Below the pieces are notes generated by a model. That model saw only the letters and a program-made list of their open reading frames with translations. It was not told the origin of the DNA and ran no database searches. Of a stretch of 64,000 bases of DNA, positions 19,219-27,740 are shown piece after piece. Position 1 is the stretch's first letter; every line of letters begins with the position of its first letter. The stretch spans positions 1 through 64,000 of the forward strand of contig CAYFHS010000007.1 of assembly GCA_964342815.1 (NCBI GenBank). Reading direction: 5' to 3'. The translations under genes were made by a program, and so were the position numbers. Source of the DNA: an uncultured archaeon (GTDB lineage Archaea > Thermoplasmatota > Penumbrarchaeia > JASLWR01).

Positions 19219-20712
19219 TTATTCATTCACTTTTTTTTTTAGTACCATAAACAGTAGCACAAGAACCACCAACGCGGACAGGACCGATATTATCAAAATC
19301 TTCAACAATTTTCCGTTATTCCACTCATTCCCACCATCATTCTTCTCCGTTACAGTTATCTCCTTCGATTCCACCGTCTCCGACCCCAGGTGCACGACCT
19401 TCAACCACACCCTGTAATTGCCCTTCTTGGATGGCATTTTTAATGATATGTCGTATTTCCCCTCATCATCAGTTTCGACCTCATTTCTGTCGATCACCGG
19501 TGCGCCGGAGCTGTCCTCGACCCAGAATTCGACTTTTACTCCTCTAAGCCGCTGCGAATCGAGGTTGACATAGCCGCTGGCCCTCAGCTTATCGCCGCCT
19601 ACCACCTTATCGGACGAGAACTGTTTGTAAATGAAAATATCACCAGGCAGCATTTCATCCTCATCCAACCAGTATTCCCGATAAAATTCCACCATATCCC
19701 TGGTGAAGACCGCGTTACGGATTATCACGTCGGCATTGTGATGAAAGTTCAACCCGGAGTACGCCCAATTTGTAGAACCCAGTATGGTGCTGTCATCCAC
19801 CACTATCAGCTTTGTGTGGGTTATCTGCCATTCATCATCGAAATATGCATCCACGCCGTTCGATACGAACTTGTTGATGGTGTACTGGTTCATCTCGTTG
19901 ATGTAATCCTCCCAGTTGCTGTATTCCAGACAGACCCTGACGTCCACGCCCCTCTTGGAAGCGTTCACCATGGCATCGAACAGCTTATCGGACAGCGAAT
20001 CGTCATAACCAGAGAGTTTGAAAGCGTAATGGAGGACGTATATTCTATCCGTGGCGGCATCGATGGCGGATTTCAATCCCGGAAAATAGTCTCTGTCAAT
20101 GAGAGGCGTGACCCCGTTGTAGTTTACACTCTCGAACTCGAAATCCTCGGACGCATCGTTCCAGGCAGCCAAAAAATATCTTTCATAATAGGCCGCCACT
20201 CTTGGATCGTCGATCCTGGCATTTGCTTCATTGTTGTTTTCAATGGAATTATCGCTCCAGTTAGTGGAACCGATTATCACGGTGCGGTTATCTATAATCA
20301 ATAACTTCGAGTGCAGCATTTTCGCGTCGCGGTCCAGCTTCACTGTCAAACCCAGTTCCGTCATATATTTCTCCGCGTAATCCTCCTCCGGATCATTATC
20401 ATCGTCGTTGTCGTTATCGATAATGATCATGACCTCAACGCCACGCTCTTGAGCTGTGACAAGCTTTTCAATAAGCTTTTCCACTGTGTTGCCGATAACC
20501 ACCAGATACATTGCAATATGTATGGATGTGCCTGCCTCGTCAATGGCCGTTGCCACCTCGTCATTGTAATCCCAGTTGCAGACAATCCGGTAATCGAGTC
20601 TGGGCTCGGAGATTGCAGAGCCTTCCACGGAAAGGAATGGGGTGATATTTCCAAATAAAGAAAATATGAGAATTATAGAAATTATCGTGCGTGAAATACT
20701 CATTTGCCACAC
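19219..20712 (-). CDS. Secreted, membrane-anchored phospholipase D-family phosphodiesterase with two HKD domains
   Basis: Signal peptide; 'HSKLLIID...GSTNWS' and 'HTKLIVVD...GSTNWA'; Ig-like domain and C-terminal TM segment. Confidence 0.88.
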   Translation of the reverse strand: MWQMSISRTIISIILIFSLFGNITPFLSVEGSAISEPRLDYRIVCNWDYNDEVATAIDEAGTSIHIAMYLVVIGNTVEKLIEKLVTAQERGVEVMIIIDNDNDDDNDPEEDYAEKYMTELGLTVKLDRDAKMLHSKLLIIDNRTVIIGSTNWSDNSIENNNEANARIDDPRVAAYYERYFLAAWNDASEDFEFESVNYNGVTPLIDRDYFPGLKSAIDAATDRIYVLHYAFKLSGYDDSLSDKLFDAMVNASKRGVDVRVCLEYSNWEDYINEMNQYTINKFVSNGVDAYFDDEWQITHTKLIVVDDSTILGSTNWAYSGLNFHHNADVIIRNAVFTRDMVEFYREYWLDEDEMLPGDIFIYKQFSSDKVVGGDKLRASGYVNLDSQRLRGVKVEFWVEDSSGAPVIDRNEVETDDEGKYDISLKMPSKKGNYRVWLKVVHLGSETVESKEITVTEKNDGGNEWNNGKLLKILIISVLSALVVLVLLFMVLKKKVNE

Positions 20713-20907
20713 CGCTTATATTGAAGCTGACCGAAAGACGATCCAAATCCGAAACAGAACGTAAATGTATAGCGAATTGTAAATGCAGGGACTATGTGAT
20801 AGGAGTCGATGAACGTCCTAGAATGCCGCGGATAAAGCCGCCTTCTTCGCTCGCCGCCCGAGAAAGCGTGCTCTTTTATCCAATTCAGTGTTTTCGGTCT
20901 TATCTAC

Positions 20908-21720
20908 CTATTTTTCTCCTTCCCCTTCGGCAACGTCTGCGATCTCCGTATCATGGTCGTGGTCATGATCGTGGTCGTCATGGTCATGGTCGTGGTCATG
21001 ATCGTTTCCGTCCTCAGATTCGGCTGTGGATTTGTGCTCCTTGTATTCCTCTATCAACTGAAAATTCTTAATATCAAGATATTCACGGAAGGCCGCGATT
21101 ATCATGAATTTTACACCTTGCCACATCTGATCGTACTTGCACATCTCGGGAAGGATTATCTTCATGACGTTATCCACGGTGTCCATGTTCAGCGGCGCCT
21201 TGGTTGGATAGTACATATCGAAGATAGCCTTGATCTTGTCCTCATCGACATCGGCGGTTTTTTCAATCTTGATGTTATAAATCAGTGATTTTCCTGCCAA
21301 TGGATGATTGTAATCCACCCTTACCCTTCCGGCCCCCACTGTGCGTATGTAACCCTGCCGGTCTCCGATCTTGATCGGCATTCCCGGCATGGGATAAGCC
21401 TCCCCCTCCTTGAACTGGGGTTGTTTCAAGACAGTTCTCATGGGGACGAGTTCGATTAGTTTTGGATCTCTCTTGCCGTGAGCTTCATCTTCCCCCACTT
21501 CCACCTCTTTTTCTTCCCCCACGTCCATCTCAAGAAGAGTAGCATCGAATCCCGCACTCTCGAAACCATTGCCCACGATAATGGCGCGTGTACCGTAGTG
21601 GCTCTTCTCGTCATACAGGTCGTTCTCCTTGGCCACATCTTCCCTTGTGGTCTTGTAATAATCTCCGGATTCCTTTATCTTTACATCGTAATCCAAATAC
21701 ACGATATCGCCCTTTTTCAT
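20908..21720 (-). CDS. Long-type FKBP peptidyl-prolyl isomerase with His/Asp-rich tail
   Basis: 'MKKGDIVYLDY', 'EAHGKRDPKLI', 'RVRVDYNHPLAGK'; tail DHDHDHDDHDHDHDHD. Confidence 0.93.
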   Translation of the reverse strand: MKKGDIVYLDYDVKIKESGDYYKTTREDVAKENDLYDEKSHYGTRAIIVGNGFESAGFDATLLEMDVGEEKEVEVGEDEAHGKRDPKLIELVPMRTVLKQPQFKEGEAYPMPGMPIKIGDRQGYIRTVGAGRVRVDYNHPLAGKSLIYNIKIEKTADVDEDKIKAIFDMYYPTKAPLNMDTVDNVMKIILPEMCKYDQMWQGVKFMIIAAFREYLDIKNFQLIEEYKEHKSTAESEDGNDHDHDHDHDDHDHDHDHDTEIADVAEGEGEK

Positions 21721-21900
21721 TATGGGACCTCCTATGTCTACCTAAATCGGGTTTTGGCGCAGTGCCGCGATATATTAATCTTGATTGATAAACCTATTGG
21801 TAACAGTTTTCCTCCAAAACCCGGATTGTTGAACAGATGAAAAAATAATAAAATAAATATGTAAATAATTTAGGCACCATCAGGGTATGATGTGATGTGA

Positions 21901-23382
21901 ATGGCATACAAGGGCCCCATGATCCGGAAATCAGAATTCACTTTCCAATTACCGAGAAGCTACAGCCCTGATATGAGAACGGATGGACTGGTCTATTCCA
22001 GCTCAAAACTACTGGAACACGTTCTCAGAGAAGAGGCGCTTCAGCAGGTTGCCAACGTTGCGAGCCTTCCCGGGATCGTGGGGGATTCCATGGCGATGCC
22101 GGACATACACTGGGGTTACGGATTTCCAATAGGTGGAGTTGCCGCGACCGATATGGAGGAGGGGGTGATATCGCCCGGAGGAGTGGGATATGACATCAAC
22201 TGCGGCGTCAGGATGCTTGCCACTGATCTGACCTTCGAAGATGTTAAGGATAGAATAAAGGCTCTCACTGATGATATTTATCAAAACGTTCCCTCTGGTC
22301 TCGGATCAAAGGGCAAGGTTCGAGTGAGCCGGGAAATGCTGGATGATGTGCTGGATCAGGGTGCGTTATGGACTGTAGAAAATGGTTACGGCAGCAGAGA
22401 GGACCTTGAACGGTTGGAAGAGAAGGGCAGTTTCGGCGGTGCAGACCCTTCTGTTGTGAGTGAAAGAGCGAAGAGACGGGGTATGCCGCAGCTTGGGTCC
22501 CTGGGTGCTGGGAACCATTTTCTCGAGATACAGAAGGTGTCGGAACTGATCGATCCGGGAGCTGCAAGGGCATTTCATCTGAACGAACCCGATCAGATAG
22601 TGGTGATGATACACACGGGCTCCAGGGGATGCGGTTATCAAATTTGCCAGGACCAGATCGATTCCCTTTCTCGGAACTTCAGAAAAGAAGGTCGATATTA
22701 TGTATCGGACAAGTACGACATAAGGCTGCCTGACCGCCAGCTGGTATGCGCCCCTCTGTCATCCAAAGATGGGACCAATTACTTCAAGGCAATGAAATGC
22801 GCGGCCAATTACGCATGGGCAAACAGGCAGATGATAACGCATTGGATAAGGGAATCCTTTCACAACATTCTCGGTAGGGACTTCGGGGAGATCCCCATGG
22901 ACATAATTTATGACGTTGCCCATAACATCGCAAAACAGGAGACTTACGAGATAGGAGGGGAGAGGCGGGAGCTTGTGGTCCACAGGAAGGGAGCCACCCG
23001 ATCCTTGGGACCGGGGAACATGGCAGTCACGGAAAGATACAGGGAGATCGGTCAACCTGTTCTAATTCCGGGGGATATGGGGACTGCCAGCTATTTATTA
23101 CGGGGAACACGCGAAGCCGAAAAAAGCACTTTCGGTTCAACCTGTCACGGGGCGGGGAGGTTATCGTCGAGAAGCGCCGCCAGGAAAAGGTTCAGGGGTC
23201 GTGCGGTCATAGAGGAACTAGCCCGGAAGGGCATATATGTGAGAGCGCATTCAGAGAAGGTCGCCGCGGAAGAAGCACCACAGGTGTACAAGGATATCGA
23301 GGAAGTGGTGAACGTGACCCACGGGACCGGGATATCGTTGAAGGTGGCAAAAATGATCCCTTTGGCAGTTGTAAAAGGATAG
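21901..23382 (+). CDS. rtcB: RNA-splicing ligase RtcB (no intein)
   Basis: 'MPDIHWGYGFPIGG', 'GYDINCG', 'GSLGAGNHF', 'HTGSRG', 'HNIAK', 'HRKGATR', 'CHGAGR'. Confidence 0.97.
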   Translation: MAYKGPMIRKSEFTFQLPRSYSPDMRTDGLVYSSSKLLEHVLREEALQQVANVASLPGIVGDSMAMPDIHWGYGFPIGGVAATDMEEGVISPGGVGYDINCGVRMLATDLTFEDVKDRIKALTDDIYQNVPSGLGSKGKVRVSREMLDDVLDQGALWTVENGYGSREDLERLEEKGSFGGADPSVVSERAKRRGMPQLGSLGAGNHFLEIQKVSELIDPGAARAFHLNEPDQIVVMIHTGSRGCGYQICQDQIDSLSRNFRKEGRYYVSDKYDIRLPDRQLVCAPLSSKDGTNYFKAMKCAANYAWANRQMITHWIRESFHNILGRDFGEIPMDIIYDVAHNIAKQETYEIGGERRELVVHRKGATRSLGPGNMAVTERYREIGQPVLIPGDMGTASYLLRGTREAEKSTFGSTCHGAGRLSSRSAARKRFRGRAVIEELARKGIYVRAHSEKVAAEEAPQVYKDIEEVVNVTHGTGISLKVAKMIPLAVVKG

Positions 23383-23432
23383 GCAAATCCGAATTTCTAA
23401 CTTTTAGGAGGGATCTGGAAATAACTTATCTC

Positions 23433-25448
23433 TCACTCACCTTCGTATCTCTGGCAGTCGTTGCACCACCAAGCTTCATACTCGTCGATGTACTGCAGGA
23501 TCATATTGCATTGGGTACAGTAATACTGTTCTTTCTGAAACTGCACCGCAGGTTCATTTACAAATCCATTTGATTGATCTGCCTCGGCCGGATTCGAATA
23601 TCCACCCCCAAATTGGGAATAAGCTCCATTTTGTTCATCATCATACTGGATCCCGTATTGTTGGTAGGAAGAAGGCTGCTGGACCCACGGGCTCGGTTGA
23701 TTGTACTGCTGTGTCTGGTAGGCCTGTTGGGACTGTTCAACCTGCTGTTGCTGGTTGTACTCGTATTGTTGCTGCGGCGGATATGCGGGTTGTTGATGGT
23801 CCCATGCAGGTTCGGCCGTAACCTCAGCTCCCCCAAGTGCTGTGTATTCGAGGAATGATTTCGCTTTTTCTATTGCACCCTTCAGGTTACCCCCCTTTTT
23901 CAGTGAGAATATCGCGTCATATTTTGTCTCAAGGTTATCGAAACCCGATTTTCCGTCCATTTCCTCGAATTTTTCCCTGCAAATGGCCAGAAGATCATTG
24001 AAAGTTGCAACATCCTCGATAAGGGGAGCCATGTCATCGTCCAGGCTGTTCAGTGTGGCCCAGGCGTTTCGGTAATCCATATCATCTATAAGTTCTTGAA
24101 TGTCATCCATTCGTTCATCGAATTTGTCTTTCGTGATCCCCTCATCCCTTAGAATGGAAAGGTTGCGGTTCAACTTTTTTAGGAGCACAAAAACCTCTTT
24201 TCTTAATCGCTCGGCTCCTTCCTTCTCACATTTTTCCATCTGGCTCATAATTGGTTGAAGAAGATTGATCACAAGATCATAATCCCCCTTGTTATGCAGC
24301 TCATTTGCATCTCGAATTGCCTTTTTGAAATTACGTGTATTGATTTCGAGGCTTTTAAGGACATTAAGCATCTTATCGGCTTCATCCAGGCTTTCCTGGG
24401 AATCGATTCGATTCAACGATATTCCCTGATTTTCGGCAATTTTGGACATTTTCTTGACGTCGGGTTCGAGATAATGTACACATTCGTCAGCAAAGGCGTA
24501 ATCACCCTCCCGCAGCGCTGTTTTACCCTGCTCGAAGATATCCAGAACCAGTTCATCCCATATTCCGTTGTCTTTCAGCTGATGCAGTTTTCTTCCGGTC
24601 TTATCATAGGTTTCCTGAACCCTGTTCAGGTATTGGTTATTGACATCGATGGATTTTTTGAGATATTTCCTGAGTATGGTGTAGGTAATGAGATCCCCGC
24701 TTTTGAAGGCCTTTTCCATGTCAGCGAACATTTTTTCCTCTCGTTTCACCACCTGCCCGTCTTCCTTAGCCTTGAACAAACTCCCCTTAAGCTCTGAAAT
24801 CTCTTTTTCCACTTCACGGGATTGGATCTCGTTCTGTATATTGAAAAGGTTTTCCGTTGAAATTCTTATAGCCTTTGAGAAATCCCCTCCATCGAAACTG
24901 CTTATTACCCTTACGAACTTTCTCTTGAACTTGTTGGCATCCATCCCTATCTCTGTTGCTTTTGTGATTGCCTGTTGTAACATTAATAGCTGGTCCATTG
25001 CCATCTTCTGAAGTGCTCTTAATCGTTCGATCTCCTCCACTGCAACCTTGATCATTTCAAGGGCTGTTGCTGATTCTTCAGATTCAAGCAAACCATCAGC
25101 CTGCCGCAATATCATGTAGTATCTCTTAACATCCAGACCCAGAGATTTTGCTTTTTCTCCAACTAGTTTCCCACTTTCAAGCTTGTCGAATATATCCCGG
25201 TGGCGGATCCGAGAAATAAGCATGTTCTCACAGTTTTCCCTGATGATCTCGGCTTCCAGCAACTTTTCATCTTCGATAAGTGATTTCGCCTCAAGCATCT
25301 TCATTTTTATCGATCCTACCTCCGCCCCTTCCTCCTCCACCGAGACGATGCGGTTGCGCAGATCCTGAAATTGAGCAACGATTCCATTACGCCTTTCTTT
25401 TTCTTCGTTCTCGATCTCGACTCGAACTGCTTCAACGTCAAATCTCAT
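23433..25448 (-). CDS. Coiled-coil/helical-repeat protein with Q/Y-rich low-complexity segment and C-terminal zinc ribbon
   Basis: Long E/K-rich helical repeats; Q-rich linker; 'CTQC...WWCNDC'. Confidence 0.7.
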   Translation of the reverse strand: MRFDVEAVRVEIENEEKERRNGIVAQFQDLRNRIVSVEEEGAEVGSIKMKMLEAKSLIEDEKLLEAEIIRENCENMLISRIRHRDIFDKLESGKLVGEKAKSLGLDVKRYYMILRQADGLLESEESATALEMIKVAVEEIERLRALQKMAMDQLLMLQQAITKATEIGMDANKFKRKFVRVISSFDGGDFSKAIRISTENLFNIQNEIQSREVEKEISELKGSLFKAKEDGQVVKREEKMFADMEKAFKSGDLITYTILRKYLKKSIDVNNQYLNRVQETYDKTGRKLHQLKDNGIWDELVLDIFEQGKTALREGDYAFADECVHYLEPDVKKMSKIAENQGISLNRIDSQESLDEADKMLNVLKSLEINTRNFKKAIRDANELHNKGDYDLVINLLQPIMSQMEKCEKEGAERLRKEVFVLLKKLNRNLSILRDEGITKDKFDERMDDIQELIDDMDYRNAWATLNSLDDDMAPLIEDVATFNDLLAICREKFEEMDGKSGFDNLETKYDAIFSLKKGGNLKGAIEKAKSFLEYTALGGAEVTAEPAWDHQQPAYPPQQQYEYNQQQQVEQSQQAYQTQQYNQPSPWVQQPSSYQQYGIQYDDEQNGAYSQFGGGYSNPAEADQSNGFVNEPAVQFQKEQYYCTQCNMILQYIDEYEAWWCNDCQRYEGE

Positions 25449-25617
25449 ATCTTACCAACCTTGAATGGTCATGCAAATCACAATATTTTCTTTCTCATGG
25501 GATATATGACGTAGAATCTAAAACAGACGGTTCTATTAATATATTATTCTCTTTATAATAAAAAACCACATTTAGTCTTTTTACCGGGAATAGGTCTTGA
25601 AAACAGGAGGTGATGCA

Positions 25618-26679
25618 ATAAAGGGATTGATATTGGCTGGAGGAAGCGGTACAAGACTTAGACCTATTACGCGGACTGGTCCGAAACAACTCATACCCAT
25701 AGCGAACCGACCTATAATTCGGTATTGTGTCGATGATATCATGAGATGTGGGATAAGTGAGATCGGGATTATTCTAGGAAATAACTACCCTGAAAAGATC
25801 GTGGACCAACTGGGCAATGGCAAAGATATCGGGGTGAATTTTACCTATATACGGCAGGGAGATCCAATGGGAATCGCCCATGCTATTGGCTCAGCCAGAG
25901 ATTTTTTGGCTGACGAAAACTTCGTAGTCTATCTTGGTGACAACTTGTTGAAATCAGGAATCTCAAATATTGCGGGAGAATTCGTAAGGGATAAATTAGA
26001 CGCCATGATATTACTATCAAAGGTGAGAGAGCCCTCCAGATTTGGAGTAGCTGTGCCGGATGATAACGGTAATATCGTGGATCTAGTGGAGAAACCTGAA
26101 AAACCGCCTTCACCCTTTGCCCTAGTGGGTGTTTATTTTCTTACGAAGAAAATATTTCCCATAATCGACTCTCTTAGTCCTTCTGCCAGAGGTGAGCTGG
26201 AGATAACAGACGCTCTAAGGATACTTTTGAGATCCGGCCAGGGTGTCGGGATACGTACGGTCTCGGGATGGTGGAAAGATACCGGTAGGGTTGAGGATAT
26301 CCTTGAAGCAAACCGGCTTATTCTCGAGGACATATATGAAAAAAAGAGCGACCCAAAAGATCATATTGGCAGCGGTACACTGCTCGAAGGAAATGCGAAA
26401 ATCGTAGGTCCTGTGATAATAGGTAAGGGATGTACGATTCTTTCGGGAACGGTTATCGGTCCTTTTGTTGCAGTGGGCGATAATTGTCATATTCGTGGAG
26501 GTCAGATTCGGGACTCTGTCATCGACAAGAACGTGGAAATCGAGTGCAACCGGGTCATGGAGAAAAGCCTGTTGGGGAAAGGGGTGACCATTAAAGTATC
26601 GGGAAGACGAGGGAAGAATCATGGAGAGGTAGGAAATCTCACACTGGTTTTGGGAGAGAATTCCAAGGCAGAGTTTTAA
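25618..26679 (+). CDS. rfbA: Glucose-1-phosphate thymidylyltransferase (long form); probable ATA start at 25618 (ORF track TTG 25597)
   Basis: 'KGLILAGGSGTRLRP.T...PKQL', 'YLGDN', 'EKP', 'SARGELEITDA', 'WWKDTG'; C-terminal hexapeptide repeats. Confidence 0.92.
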   Translation: MKGLILAGGSGTRLRPITRTGPKQLIPIANRPIIRYCVDDIMRCGISEIGIILGNNYPEKIVDQLGNGKDIGVNFTYIRQGDPMGIAHAIGSARDFLADENFVVYLGDNLLKSGISNIAGEFVRDKLDAMILLSKVREPSRFGVAVPDDNGNIVDLVEKPEKPPSPFALVGVYFLTKKIFPIIDSLSPSARGELEITDALRILLRSGQGVGIRTVSGWWKDTGRVEDILEANRLILEDIYEKKSDPKDHIGSGTLLEGNAKIVGPVIIGKGCTILSGTVIGPFVAVGDNCHIRGGQIRDSVIDKNVEIECNRVMEKSLLGKGVTIKVSGRRGKNHGEVGNLTLVLGENSKAEF

Positions 26680-26821
26680 TTTAATCCATGTTCATGCGGT
26701 CGTCAAAATCCGATTTCGAACTAAACTGAACAATGTTTTTTTATATTATTTCATTAATAGATTAGCCGTACCAGCCCCCACGGGCATCAGCTTAGTATTC
26801 CTTAGCTAATAAGCTCTATAA

Positions 26822-27676
26822 ATGACATATCATGCAGGTGATAACGTGTGTGGACTTTTTGACAGATTCAAGAGAAAACGTATTAAAAAGGGCGGAACTG
26901 AGCCCGCAGAGATCGTGGAAGCAATAGACGAATATACATGGGAAGGACTGATCGATGAAATAGGTTACAATGGAAGAATGGCCTATGAAACCGATAAAGG
27001 ATTGATATTCCACATACAACTGACGAACAAAACGGATACACCATGGGGCAATGTCAAGATGGGAATTGCCTTATCCAAGGAAGGAATATTGACCCCTTCG
27101 GAAAGGATTCTCCGCTGTGAAATGATGAACCCGCACATTACGGAGATATTCAAATTCTATCTGGAACCCTCGCTGAAGGAAGGTATCGTTGAGATATTGA
27201 TCTATTTGTCCTATTACGATTTTGACCGGAAGGACACCGTTGAGATTGTGCTGCCGAAAAATAAGGCCAAGCTTAAAATGCCTATAATCACCAAGGAGCG
27301 CTTCAAGATGGAGGTGATCTTCGATACGGACTGGAGGATAGTGGTGAGTTCCATGGAAAGCGTTGAGGTAGAAAGCGATGTCCTGGAAAAGAAGGCATCA
27401 ACGGTTTTTCTCGACCTGGAAGAGAAGATAAGATCACTGGGCATCCACGCTTTCAAACCTGAGATCAATCCGAATATCTACCGGGCTATCGGAAGGTTCT
27501 GGGCCAAGGGCAATAATAACGTTAAATACGGGGTACACCTCGAAGTCATCGGCAAGGATGACAAGACCAAGGCGCTTATTATCTTCTATGCTTCCGACCA
27601 TATGAAACTTCTCCCCTTCGCATCAGGGGTGATCAGTCACATAAGAAAGGACCCGGAATATAAAAGAAATCTATGA
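26822..27676 (+). CDS. Hypothetical protein (beta-sandwich plus alpha/beta domain, adaptin-appendage-like by pattern); possible GTG start at 26846
   Basis: 284-aa ORF with normal coding appearance; no family confidently recognised. Confidence 0.55.
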   Translation: MTYHAGDNVCGLFDRFKRKRIKKGGTEPAEIVEAIDEYTWEGLIDEIGYNGRMAYETDKGLIFHIQLTNKTDTPWGNVKMGIALSKEGILTPSERILRCEMMNPHITEIFKFYLEPSLKEGIVEILIYLSYYDFDRKDTVEIVLPKNKAKLKMPIITKERFKMEVIFDTDWRIVVSSMESVEVESDVLEKKASTVFLDLEEKIRSLGIHAFKPEINPNIYRAIGRFWAKGNNNVKYGVHLEVIGKDDKTKALIIFYASDHMKLLPFASGVISHIRKDPEYKRNL

Positions 27677-27740
27677 ACGCGCATTGTTCCCGCTTTTAGT
27701 CCGTCTGCCGAAAAGGGATCAGGGCCTTTAGGAGAGTCGT

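Noticed and set aside
21901-23382. Possible intein in rtcB (and in mutL or the HerA-like ATPase)
   Set aside because: rtcB and mutL lengths are normal, and no intein termini or LAGLIDADG motifs were seen in any of the three.
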